Shown: piece by piece, positions 1 through 12,900 of the stretch
How positions within the stretch are numbered: the first letter of the stretch is position 1
Layout: every line of letters starts with the position of its first letter
Source: Catajapyx aquilonaris
Lineage: Eukaryota
NCBI GenBank assembly: GCA_000934665.2
Contig: KZ538215.1
Span: forward strand, 1-64,000
Direction: 5' to 3'
Length of the DNA stretch: 64,000 bases
Notes under the pieces: model-generated
Database searches by the model: none
Told to the model about the DNA's origin: nothing
Seen by the model: only the letters and a program-made list of their open reading frames with translations
Position numbers and translations under genes: made by a program

Positions 1-952
1 AAATATACTGTATTTCATTTTAATAATAGTGTATATCTATTATCTCAAAGAAAGTGCTATTTGATTTCCAGGTACAATAATGTGGCATGAGATGCTCCTT
101 CAAACTTGGCCACATGTCATGCCACACATCATGTCATCATTGAAATGAAAGCCTGTCATATGCAAATATGCTGCAGCCAATAGCAAAAACTATGGCAGGT
201 GTCAAGCCATGGGTCTTGTGTGTGACACCAATGGTAAAAAAAACACACACACACACAAATCCACCAGCCTGATATTAAAGCATTAAAATTTCTGTAAATC
301 AACGCTAGCCACCATTTAAATGAGCAATTTGAGTTCACTGGGAAGTAATTACCTACACAAAGATTCTAATGTTTGTATTGCCTAGACAAAACAATTTAAC
401 TGCTTCAAAAATACACAATTGCAAATCCAATTCTGTTCTTTTTGCAACGTCATTCAAGAAGTACAGGAGAAAATCCATTGCACATTTTCTGCCTGCATTT
501 ACAGTGCGTCGTTTCACAGCAAAACGCCAATAGTAACTAACACCATCCTGGTGTCAATAAAAAGTGCTACTTGCTAATAGGATACTGGAATCAAATTCCT
601 TCCCTATATCAATGTAGAGTGGACGTGTGCACTGATATCACAGGCTTGGATTACCAATTAAATAGTGGCACTTACTGACAATACAGTTCAATAAATGGTG
701 CCATTTTCAGGCACGGCAATTGCATTTCTGCGCGTAATATTCCAATTGCATGTTATGCATCCCTAATACACTCACAACAGCCAGAAAAAATGGCACTAAC
801 TGATCCACAAATATTACAATAAAACTGACAGACTGTGAGAAAGCAACCAGTTGAATCATCACAAAAAAATTGAACATTGAATCACTTGAGTCTATGTCAG
901 TGTAATTACTCTTGGCTTCTGTGCATCTAGGGTTGGTGCAATTTAGCAATTA

Positions 953-1194
953 ATAATGGCTACCCCGTGATAGGGCTCCTTGGGCCTATTAGGGGATCAT
1001 CTTTTCATGAACCATCTGTGAACGCTGTGATGGATTTTGATTGTGGGAGGAAACGGGAGAACCCCGAGAAAACCCACGCAAACACGGAGAGAACCAATCA
1101 AAACTCTACATCCACATAAGTATCCTCCGTCCAACCCGGGACCTCAGAGGTGGAAGGCTGCGGCGCTAACCACTCTGCCATTGTGTCGCCCCAA
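953..1194 (-). mobile_element. tRNA-derived SINE with V-domain-like core
   Basis: Minus strand starts GGGGCGACACAATGGCAGAGTGGTTAGCGCC (A-box-like), then GCGTGGGTTTTCTCGGGGTTCTCCCGTTTCCTCCCACA, which resembles the V-SINE central domain. Imperfect flanking direct repeat caatttagcaatta (939-952) / caattttgcaatta (1195-1208). Confidence 0.75.
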
Positions 1195-1994
1195 CAATTT
1201 TGCAATTATTCCCCCAATGGCCATTGTGCCCAGCGGGGTAAGAAATAAATAAATTTAGCAATTATTCCTCTAGTTTTTCCAGGCAAATCATTACCATTTT
1301 TATTAGTTTTCCATCATGGGCTTGTAGACGAAACAATTTAAATCCCAGAAAAAATACCAGCCATGCTTTATGAAGATTTCTTGCAACAAAAAGGCCGTCC
1401 GAGTTTTTGTTTTCCTGACATTGTCATAAGTGAATTCTCTCATTGCAAAAAGACTCACTGGTCCCTTTCATGTGATCATTCTCTATTTAGACACAGCCTG
1501 CAAACAGCCCCACTTGGCTCCCAAGTGAAGTTGAATTTGATGATGTAACAGCTTGCTAATAATGCAGCTTTGTTTATGGATGGCTTTAGTGTGACTCTTG
1601 TCAGTGCTGAGCCACATGCAGATATTACCATTTCACAAAAAACCGTCGTGCGGCAAAAGGTGCGCGTTGTGGCATATTTCTTATTTATATTTATTATTGC
1701 CAATAATTAATAACAATTGGCGGGGCAGGCGTTTGCCGCTTGTCGCTACCGCAAAATCTTTTTGTGTTTTGGCCTTTATACTTGCTACTGGAACGGTGTA
1801 AGCAATATCACAGACTGTCGCTTACAATTTTGTGCATGTTCTGATCAATTTACTGCTGTAAATCCATTGCATGAAGTGTAACAAAGGCATGGTATGATTC
1901 ATCAAAGACATGAACTCACTATTCGGGCCTAAAATATGACATTCCAGATAGTCTCTCTGATACAACCTACTACATTGTCAATGCCCCTGATTGT

Positions 1995-2140
1995 CTTCTG
2001 AGGGAACCCAAGGTTTGATTCCCAGAGTCAAGCACTCTTGGCCATGATTTTCTGTGGTTTTCTCCGGCCATTTCCCGAGTCCTGACAAGTGACTGGTTAG
2101 TTCCGAAAAAAATATGCTACATACACTTCCTTTCCCTTGT
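1995..2140 (+). mobile_element. degenerate tRNA-derived SINE fragment, related to the copy at 55.4-55.7 kb
   Basis: B-box-like GGTTTGATTCCC followed by TTTTCTGTGGTTTTC...CTTCCTTTCCC, similar to the reverse complement of 55439-55722. Confidence 0.55.
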
Positions 2141-3801
2141 CTAGCTAGATCCTACTCAGGGGCAAAAAAATGAGACTTATAAATATTATATTTTCTCAAC
2201 CTCTAGACTTCGCACAGGGCAATCATTATTACTGTTCTCATTAAATCCCATGTCCATTCCAATTAAGCAAATTATAATCATATACCTGATCATTCTCAGT
2301 CATATAGGAAATATCCAGTTTAATTTGCACATGACTCCTCCAATTAATTCTGCCAGTAATTAACCATTTACATCAACTCAACAACGTGTGCTTATTAGCA
2401 GAAACCTATTTCATGCAGCAAAGCAAGAATATAACTGTTTCAAGCACGGTAAACATGAAAAATATGTACAAAACTCACACCACTACCACATAATTTCAAC
2501 CACTTTTCCACTTCTGTAATTCTCTCATGTGCAAGCCTTGATGTACCACAGATTCTAATCTTGTCAACCATGTAATTTACATCATACTTTAAACACATAA
2601 TTTTCCTTATAAAAGCTATGCCTCTTAACAAAAAAAAAATCCAACATAATCTTACAGCCTTACATTTCAATAATAAGCTATTCTCTCATACCCCTGCTCA
2701 TAACCCTTTAGGCCTGCCCAAATACACAGCATTCACCATGCAATTCTTCCATTCACCCCTACATTGCATGATGTAAAATAGGATATTACTTTTTTAAAGT
2801 TCTGTGTTGGAAGGGTGGCACAGCATCAACTACAACGACAGCCAGTAGTTCTCAAGCATCCACAAAGACATGCATGGCAGTGTCATGAGATACACAGTAA
2901 AGCATGTTACAACAGCTCCCCTTTATGGAGGGTATTTAATTAAGATGCCAAGAGGTGACCATGGGAGAGAAAAATATCGTCTTACAGTATCCTGTCCCTT
3001 ATTGCTTTGGAGCTCCATGCCCAGATATAATAACCAATACTAATCAACTACCAAACCATTTATAAAACATGCATGTCATATACTGCAGTATGCAGATATG
3101 CAAACCACTGAGTCAAAATGGCAAGTTGAAGACTACTACAGTACTACCTGTGGACTACTACATTTTTCAGTTAACTACTCCTTTGGTGTCACAATAGCCC
3201 TGTAGTCACAATTACACCAACCTCACCCTACTGGTTTTTTGTCATACACTCACTCATGTAAACATTCATAATATTTTGAAGCCAAAATTCCGGAGAGTCA
3301 GACTGCCAAATAATTCAATTTATGCTCAGTGGCATGAAATCACTCAGCTTATTCACCAGCACACTTCTACATGTCAAGTCAGAAGAATTGACCCTGAACT
3401 ATTTATGGGCTCCTGTTTTATGATTGATAGTCAACATGACCTGACACACAATGACCAATTACTGTATCAGCATGATATATTGTTAAACAGCCCCATGACA
3501 GCTTCACTTAACTTTCTCAAAATCAATAATCTCAGACATTATTGATTCATGTTATTTTGTAGCATAAAGTACAATGACCCAAATAAATTATTATATCGCA
3601 CTTATGTCTTTTAACTTTTGAAACTTTAATATACTGGGCAATGAAGTATGGTTGGGATAGTTAAATTGATATCCCTACTGCTTCAGCTGGATCACAATAT
3701 TGCTGGAAAACAAACTAAAATATTCCAGTGGATCTTCGTAATTTTATCTGCTTTTTATCAAGAACCATTAGAACCAAAAACCTTAGCAGACCAAGATTAT
3801 A

Positions 3802-4298
3802 CAGGAGACTCAGGATATAACAGACTTCAAGGGACCACTGAAAAAAGTCTGTTATATACAGTATAGTGAAATCGCCACTTTAGCAACAAATACACACGTT
3901 TTCTGTTTTCTATATTCTTATAATGCACACTACTGCATTTATTAATGAAACTATCCACGAAAAATGCAAAATTAGCCCACCCCTGAATAAGGCAGGACCA
4001 AAAAAATCCGAAATGTTCTTCTGCCATCTTGTTGCCAAATATATCCGTAAAAGTATGCTTTTGAGTAGCTTAGATCAGTGACAGATGCAAAAATCACCCC
4101 CCTCCAGTATTCTCTGCCTTCCTGCACATGAGAAAGGAAGTTGAATAATCAAAAACAGCACATTTTCCTTCCGATGGGCAAAGAAATGGTCTGTTATAGC
4201 AGGAGTAAATAAAAAATACAAATGGCTTTGTGGAAGTTTGTGGGGACCAGCCCTTCGAGTATGTTATAACCCGAGGCTGTTATAACAGGAGTCAACTG
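3802..4298. mobile_element. pogo/Tigger-like MITE
   Basis: TA-flanked; imperfect TIRs CAGGAGACTCAGGATATAACAG / CTGTTATAACAGGAGTCAACTG; GGGACCA near both ends. Confidence 0.65.
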
Positions 4299-5796
4299 TA
4301 ATTATCATTTCACCACTTCATCAACTTTGCCCTTGGTAAGCCTTGTAAGTAGTTCAATTTCATTCATCAATGATGAGGGAACAACCAATGCTAATACAGT
4401 ACGAATATTCCATAAATCCAAGCACAATGTTGCAACACTCTTTCAAACAATAACCCTACATATGTCAGCAAGCAAGTCCATTTTTCTAGAAAATATTGCC
4501 ATTCAGATATGTGCTGATTTTGCATATAAACCATTAAAATTCGAGTCATAAACATAACTACTTCATTAGTACACATGTTACTTCCATGGTATGTGTAATA
4601 ATCACGCCATAACACATTACCCCAATTTCAAAATAAACCAGTTAATGTATGAAACATTGCAATGCCTGTACAGGTGCCTTTTTGATATGCATTAGCCATG
4701 GGGCTAGATAATCACACGAATCTTGGGTGAATCTCATACATGTGGCAGGGAAATCATCCTACAAAATGTTTTGTTTTTCATGTTTAGCCTATTTTAAAGG
4801 GCCCCTACAAACTGTGATCCCTGAGCAGGTATTCTAAAATTGGAAAACAATACTCATCCCGGACTTGGGTGATGTGCTGCCAAAGACTACACCTTTTCAG
4901 GGGACCCTTGAACTACACGCATTTAACAGTCTGCAACATTCTAATCACCCTATAGCTGTCCACTGCCCTATGGAAAGCTGCCACTATTACACTAATGTAA
5001 AGTGCTATTAATAGTCATTTGCATCCTGTGGTCCCTGGGGTACAGCATTATTCACGACCTTGTCAACAGATAAACCGTCTCAACACAAGCCCATCATAAT
5101 TACCTTTAAAGTGCTGAAATGAAACAAAATGGCTCCTCTCTATTTTGCATGTAAAATGGCAATTATAAATGGACCCAGTTTTTAGGCCCAAAAATTCTAA
5201 TTTCCAATACATGATCTTAAACAGTATTATTTACTTGGAGCTGCACTTTTGGTAGCTGTGTACCTTTCAAGGTGAAGTTTATAGTTAGGAGTTTTAAAAT
5301 GCATCACAAGATGTTCCCAGACCATATTTGGAATGCACCGAGATGCAAGCCGAGATGAACTGGTATTATATTGAACCATCCAAGCACAACATTAGCAGTG
5401 GCTATCATTGTGCCAAGTGTAGGATTAGCCTATTTTCTATGACACACTTGAATGCCTGGCAGGAGTGCTTTGCTCCTTAGCAAGATGCGATTTTTCTTTT
5501 AGTGACATATTCATTTTGTATCCTCTGCCTTTTTGATGAGAGTTCATACTGCCTTGGGGCAGCTTCCTCAACAATAAGTTGGCATTAGTAGTAATTTTAC
5601 TGAAATGTTCTGTGGCAATGCCTACAGACTATCAGGTTAAATGTACGGGACATCTCTGGCTTACTCTTTGCTCTCTCTATCACATAAAATCACTCCAGTC
5701 ATTGGCTGCTGGTAAATGGTTAAAGTTTTTGCTCTGACATTGAAATAAGCAATTGTGCCTTATGAGTCTATGAATGCCAAATAAAATGCAACTCAC

Positions 5797-5970
5797 CTGA
5801 CTTAGAACGGAGATGTGGTCTACATAGTAGTCATCCGCAAGTGTCCGTATGAACCGGTTGCATAGGCAAGATTTGCCCACCCCGGCCTGGCCTTTCTCCT
5901 TCTCAGTCCCTGACAGGCCCAACACGGCCACATTAAAGGTCCTCACAGGCTCTCCCTTCTTGGCCATCAT
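5797..5970 (-). CDS. RhoGAPp190: p190 Rho GTPase-activating protein (ARHGAP35/ARHGAP5 family), first coding exon; gene continues beyond the window start
   Basis: [58 protein letters not shown] matches the p190 N-terminal GTPase motif [20 protein letters not shown]. Phase-0 donor CAG|GTGAGT at 5797/5796; upstream acceptor TTTTCTTGCAG at 6400. Confidence 0.93.
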
Positions 5971-7435
5971 GAGCTGGTCAGGCGCCAGTGCTTCTCTTGC
6001 CCCTCCTGGTATTGTCGCCTGGGGGGGCGCCCACCAAACCCCCCACACGGCCCCCCCCTCCGATCACTAACACTGCAATGATCCTGGCACTTTCTTCTTC
6101 ACAATACCACTTCTTTTGTAGGAACTATACTTTGAACAAAAATTAGGGACTGGGGGGGGTGGGGAGGGGGGGCAGGGGGGGCTGTAACACTGCTCTTATG
6201 ATGTCATTTTTAGTTCGTTAATGATCTGCCGACACTCCTGTGGGTGCACATGGACATGCCTTGATCATGGACTACGCACAAACATGGCCCTCACTCCTGG
6301 CATGAACTTTGGCTCCAAGCTTCTTATTCACTGCTTGGCACTGAACTATGTTTGGCACCATGGATTCTCATGTCTTCATGCGCAGTGCTCCAGTTTTGCC
6401 TGCAAGAAAATAGTTATTTATGAGATGACATGAACAACACAAACCTCTGTCAGCTGCAAATCCCACATTAAAACTTAAACCTTGCTAATCCAGTATTACC
6501 CTGATGATTATGCAATTAGATCAGCGTGGGGTCAAGTGGAGCTCATGTGGCACGATCTGTTTACCACAGGAATATTGATTATGAATATTGGTACTCTGTT
6601 ACCAACCCCACAGTTCTGCAAAATTTAATGAATCCTGCATGGCTAAAAAGAGTCGAGGAAAAAGCACTACATTGTGCTGTATGACACAGGCCCACAACCC
6701 TCCGTAACAATGCAATTTAGATTGCAACGGAATTACGCCACAACTAGATACAACAATGAAAGGTGTCTCATAGCGACTCATTGACATTTTTAGAGCCTAC
6801 CAGTGTAGGCTTCATTGCAATTTCACTTTATCCAAACACTCACAAACACACTAAAATACAGGCCTCATAGATTGCACCGATTGTGCAGGCTTCAGTCGCG
6901 GTCACTACAAATTGTCAACGAGGCGACAAGTTCACCTGGGCACGAAAAGCAACCCCCGTGATGCACAAGGGCTCAAGTCCTGCCCAAACCGTGGCATTTA
7001 CCAATTCAAATATTGGCCGACTAATTTGTATTCTGCACGGAAGTAAATGCATTCAGTCCCTCTAATCACCACACACCAAACCAGCAGGCCTAGAAATGAC
7101 ACCACCACACATGTTCCCTCATTTAATTGGATATGATTCGCGCCTTTCCCCACCCTGCCCCAATATCAACCTAAGTGCCTGCAATACGCAGGTGCCAACA
7201 GCTCGCGTTCCAGCGCCCCCCCCNCCCCCCCAATTATTTGTTCATATGTACCAGTTCGAATTTTAAAACCGGGTTTTTCCGCGAAACAAAAATTCCAGCA
7301 GATGGTGTCAGAAGAGGCGGCGCATTCCAACCAGACGCGACTTCGGATCAATGTTAGCAGATGGGGGGAGTATTTCGGAGGGGTGTAGCCCTATGGGGGG
7401 ATGTTTACGTGTGCAGGGGGCGGGGGTGGAACCTA

Positions 7436-7690
7436 CAGTGCTGGACATTCATTCCGTCATACTGCTAGCGACATTATCCGATGCGGCAGAAGTGTAAATA
7501 GAAGTGCGAGCCGTACGAGTAAGAAATGGTAGCCCTTGGGTGACGTCACTGGCCGGGGACAAGCCTTTTCTCCATTGCCCCCCAGCCGGTGACTCAAGGC
7601 CTACCTCTTCTTACTCGCGCGGCTTCGATTTGCACTTCTGCCGCACCAGAAATGTCGCAGGCAGTATGACGCGGTTAATGTCCAACACTG
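7436..7690. mobile_element. fold-back Tc1/mariner-type MITE, family A copy 1
   Basis: TA|CAGTGCTGGACATT...AATGTCCAACACTG with long internal inverted symmetry; homologous to 25224-25494 and 57208-57486. Confidence 0.85.
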
Positions 7691-8932
7691 CTGTGCAACA
7701 CCCCCAAAATTATCCACACTGGACCGTCCATGTCATTCCCAAACATCACGCAAAGTAACTTCCCACTGACGTCACTGCTTCGCTTAGAACCTGCGATCCA
7801 CCGGGTTTTAATATATAAAGCTAATTATATAGAGTACACAGCCCCGGCTGCCAACAGATCTTATGCACAGCCACGGGCTCGGAGGACCAGTTTCGAGGCA
7901 AATAATGGCTGCAGTTCAGCAGTCAATATTGTACCTGCCCCGGTTTTGCCTTTGTATAATCACACGGGAATTTGTTTTATATGAAAGGGAACCTCGCAAA
8001 TAATTGCTTTAGAAAATTAGACCGTTTCATACTCTAGCAAAAAAGAAGCTACTGTTCTAAGGGCATCCTCATTTTTCCAACCGATTCGTCCTGCAAACAT
8101 ATACACCCCTCTCAAATACACACAAGCACTGCAAATTGTCTCTTTATTTGTCAGGGTCGATCCGGTGGTAGTACTATATGGAAAATGCCCGCACAGACAA
8201 CATTAACAACTGCCCATGTCCCTGCAATTTCCCAGAAAACAGGCACCGCGCAACGGTAACCGGAAACGGCACTCATTAATGCACCATGCTGCTGTCTTAT
8301 TAGCTGAAAATTAACTTCCCCCGCGTTTCGCAATTAGTCCACCTACACCCGAATGCAAATTTCCGCGAACTACAAAATCTTCCTGGAAACAGCTATTTCA
8401 GGGAGTAGGAAATCGACTAGTTCCAATGTTCTTCGGACTAGATTTCCCGGAAAGGCCTTCAGGATTCTCAGTACCCCGTTCACGCCCATTTGACAACGTT
8501 AAGGCTATCCCCCAGAGGGCTAATATTAGTCAAAATTATTTAATCAAGTCTGGCGGCAGTGGGGAGGTGTCTGGTGGGGGGGAGCCTCTTTTTGTACCCT
8601 TGCATCCACAAAACTTCAATGAGGCCGCCGTCACAACATCCCTTCGGCCCCCCTTCCCCTTTGCAAATTATTCAGGAAGCAAGTCCTCCCCACTCCCCAA
8701 CCAAAACCACTCCCCTCGCAAAATATTTGCATAATTATTATTTGCTAACGTCTGAGATGGATTTCGCCTCCGGATAAGATGTTATCCACTTGGCAGGCCC
8801 GGCTCAACAAGGATCGTCCTTCACTCATTCATTTAAACCCATGCGCTTTGAATAGCCAATTACACTGAAAAGATGGTAGGTAAATAAAGGTAATTCACAC
8901 CCTGTTTTAAAATTGTGAATCACTAGTGTATA

Positions 8933-9250
8933 TAGGGTGAAGGGGAAACTCGCGGACAATCGCCAAGTAAACTTATATAGTACTCGCAAAACTAATATAG
9001 GGATGTGCAATTAGTTTTTGGCTCAGTTGTGTAGTTAATGCGTACGGCGCCCTTCAAGTGTCGAGGGCCCTCGAGCTGACTTTTGGTTTTTTTTTGAAGC
9101 TGGCGGAACGGATGTGACGTCACGAAATTTTGACGGCGCCGTACGCATTAACTATGCAACGGAGCTTAAAACTAATTTCACATCCCTATATTAGTTTTAC
9201 GAGTACTATCAGTCTACCTGGCGATTATCTGCGAGTTTCCCTTCACTCTG
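8933..9250. mobile_element. MITE with ~115-bp imperfect TIRs (Tc1/mariner-type, TA-flanked)
   Basis: Left arm AGGGTGAAGGGGAAACTCGCGGACAATCGCC...TAGTTAATGCGTACGGCGCC is mirrored by GGCGCCGTACGCATTAACTA...GGCGATTATCTGCGAGTTTCCCTTCACTCTG|TA. Confidence 0.85.
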
Positions 9251-9299
9251 TATTCAAGGTGCTGCGTCTCACCATCCCCATGTAATTCCCACCCGTTTT

Positions 9300-9980
9300 C
9301 TAGACAATGTAGCCATATTTACATCCGCAATTTTCTCCCTGGACATACGGAACCGATTTGCACGCACTGACACGAACCTCCATAAAAGGAAACGCCCCGA
9401 GTCTCTTTTTTTCCACAAGGAACCTGCCTTTCAAAGCCTTGTTCAATCCACGCCAAGTGAAAGGATTCCTTTTAGAATGGCCCATATCCTCCCCCACACC
9501 CTTTTTCCACACTCCCAACCTCTCCTCACTTCTTCTCCTCGGCGTCATTTTTATATTCGAGGTTTCCATCCAAAATATTATGTCGCCATTTCCAAGCACC
9601 CTCTTCCCCCTCCTCAGTGGGAAGAGGACCCGAAATGTGAAAAAAAAAACACGTAAATCTCTGCCGGGCATCGCCAGCCTTGTAAATTCCGGCTCTTCCC
9701 ATCAAAGTGTCTGCACAGTACCGTATATAAGCGCAAAAAATTGCTCGACAAAAAATGGGGTTCAAAATATTCACCATCTTTGTGGGTGGGAGAGAAAAAA
9801 ACAACAGAGGATCACTTCGGTGTGCACAAACCAGATAAAGTGTTCTCGGGTGTGTGGCAGCAACCTCATGAAAAACGGAACCCGGGGGGTCATTTATATT
9901 CGAGGCCTGTGCTGGCCTCAGATATGACCACCCCCCCTACACTTGCCATTATCTTGCTGCTTCCTTGCCATAAACTCCAC
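9300..9980 (-). mobile_element. possible degenerate RTE-clade LINE relic
   Basis: Frameshifted minus-strand peptides TKMVNILNPIFCRAIFCAYIRYCADTL and ...EDMGHSKR...KALKGR loosely resemble RTE post-RT motifs; weak. Confidence 0.3.
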
Positions 9981-12900
9981 CCTTCATTGCCTTCTAATGA
10001 AAATAAACAACTTTTATCGCTCACTCCTATTGCCTCTCGTTTCAGTTGCCGTATGCTCCTCTACTTCAGTAGGTGTCCATAAATGCTACATGGTTCGAAG
10101 CATTCATTTTTCCTTCACTTGCAAGGAAGTCGCATCAGCTCTCAAACTTTGCATATGCAACAGAGAGACAGGATGAAGACAAAAATGTTATATCTAATAA
10201 AATATTCCGCAGTACCCTGCTGCTTCCCACTTCTGAGAAACCGCGACAGATATCTAGAACGCAGTGCTCTTGTTTCCTCGAAGGACGTCAATCTCAATCT
10301 TCCTGCTCTTCCCACGCAGCGTAGGCGGTATACTGTAAGAATCCGAACCGCATACTGCAGCGCACAATGTGATTTCAAACACCGGATTGCACTTAAAAGA
10401 TTCATGCAGCGTTTGACAGCGTGTCCCAATCGGAGCTACAAAGCTTGTAGTGATTTGGCAGCGTCACTTAGCGGCTATCATATGCCCAGGGTCGTCATGC
10501 ATGTTCATACAGTCGAGTTGCCTCCGCTCAATACAACTCCGTTCCGTCTGAGAAGGTTGATCAGCTTCGTTTCGCTCCATATAGTGAAGCTTTAAAAATA
10601 ATACTAAAATAATAATAAATAATAATAATAAAACTTCCAAGTGATCATTTTGCGTAAGTCGAGGCTACGTAAGTCGGGGTTTGCCTGTAGTGGGTTTCGG
10701 TATCGCCAGAGGTTCTGGTACAAGTCTGTTTCGCCAGATGGAGCGCAGCAGACTATAGACAGTGGAAACGTGTTTCTGCAGTGGGTTTCGATTCCAAGCT
10801 TTCACACTACGGCACACTTGCGCATACCCATTCACCACTCACTGTTCTTTCACTTCTCCCACGAAAACGCAGAATCGTGAATATGCACGTTACGCACGTT
10901 ACACGCAGTGTCCTAGTGGTTTTAGCTGACACGGAGAACATGAGCAGTCGTAAATAAATTACAGAAAAAAAGTATAATTACACGTTCGTCCGGGTATATT
11001 TCGCATATCTGTAGTGCCTGTTCGTGCCCGGTTGTATAAACTCAAACTGAAGGAAAATGCGATGGCTGGCTAACTGCTCTTGGTCGCTCCCACATTATTG
11101 CCAAACTCCACGGTTCACCAAAGCTTCTCGTGTTTTTATATTGTTTACACTAAGCTGCTTAATTTAAGCTGCTTAACTACGCCCAGTTTTGCGACAACGG
11201 ATGGCGACGGCAGCTGCGTCTGAGACCACCAGCAAACGACACTATATACGTGTGAAGCTCCGGCCAAAGTCAACATAGCTTCCTACCCCCTCTTATCTCT
11301 TAATGAAACGTCTTCTTAAGAGACGTAATTACTCTGGAACAATCTCATCTAAACCCGGGAATAAATTATTCCCGGAGACTTGTTAGCAGCAGCATTATTT
11401 TAGTTGCAGACTTCGCTGTTTCTAATGCTGAAATTGGTGTAGTTTACTCCACAGTCGCAACTCTCTTTTTTCCTAACCACACATTGTTATTTGCTTAATC
11501 GCGGTGAGGCAAAATGGTGCACCTCAAGTCTTTCCTACTTTGCATAAATATTAAAATAAAATCAGCGCACATTAATATAATGTCCAGCATCTCCTGGATT
11601 GTCATCTGCGATTCGTCCAGCTTTTGACACACCCAGTACCGATCCCCGAGCCCTCTGCCGCCAAGAAACGAGCTAACCATCCCGAATAATGCACAAAATA
11701 CCCAATTCGAAGGGATTTGATTCCGGGTTGGAAAGTCAAAAGACGAGAGCCCCCCCCCTCTACTTCCATGATTTCAACCACATTGCTTTCCCTCCCTCCC
11801 TCCCTCCCCCGCCTCCCGCCTCCCACTCCCGCGCTTCCGGATCGAAATTATTTTATCTGCCAAGAGCCCTGGCGACGGCCACGCCCCGAGGCTTTGCTCT
11901 ACGCCTCATATTGAATTGTGCGGTACGGTACACTCGCACCTAAATCAATGTCCGAATCGTGTTCGCGGAAACAATTGTGGCCGAGGCTCCTGCACCTTGA
12001 TTACACCGCCACCTGTTGTACACCCTGACCTCGCCTCTTCCCATGTCCATTGTCGGGTCAATGTTCTACTCTCCAACAGAGGGGAAATAATAAAAATAAA
12101 AAACATTCGTGCCCGTGACTTGCGGTGACTACACCACATTTTCGAGCCAACGGCATTTCGGCCAAACTCGCACCAAAAAATGCCTCCCATTATTTCGCCA
12201 GACGGTCCCGGAGGCCATTAACCCTCATCCGCTTCATCTTTATTTTTTTTCAGGCGCACTATTTCGACTATATGGTGGACAACAATAGTCGCTTACACTT
12301 TTCGTGTGTGTGCAAATTGTATATCCGCCGTTTCCTGGTCTCCCTTCGAAAACCTGAATGAGCTGTGCCATGGCGCTGTAAATAATCGATAGAACGTTAC
12401 GTCAGTGGACCAGGGTAGGGGGNGGGGGGGGACTATACTGCGCTAGACAGTATCCAAAAAAATAAAAAATATAATGGAGGAGGCTTTCGTTTACTCGATC
12501 GGTCCCTCCAATTTCGTGCCTGACCGCCCAAACCGACACCACCTTCCTCTTCCGTCAATGTTACCCTTGAGCAACCTTCTTATAGATCTTAAGAAAGAAA
12601 GAAAAAAAAATCAGCAGGGGGCCTTAACACGACAACCTCTTTGCGGTTTACCTCAAAACCGCTTACTGAGGAATTCAGGCCGCCTGAAATAAACGCAACC
12701 GGGCTATGAGCACAAAAACTGCAGCCATATTGGATCGATGACATGTGTCATCGCACGCAAATTTTGTTGGAAAGTGTTTCTCCTGCAATATTGACTCGCA
12801 GTAGTTTAACCGGATGAGTTACGTCGCATTGTGTGTAAAACCAGGCCTTACAAAAGCCAGTCGAGCGTGCTATTGGCCACCACCCAACTACAAGCAAACC

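Noticed and set aside
9358..10595. ORFs of 189 aa (9358-9927) and 170 aa (10083-10595)
   Set aside because: No recognisable domains or splice context; the first is antisense to a probable LINE relic.
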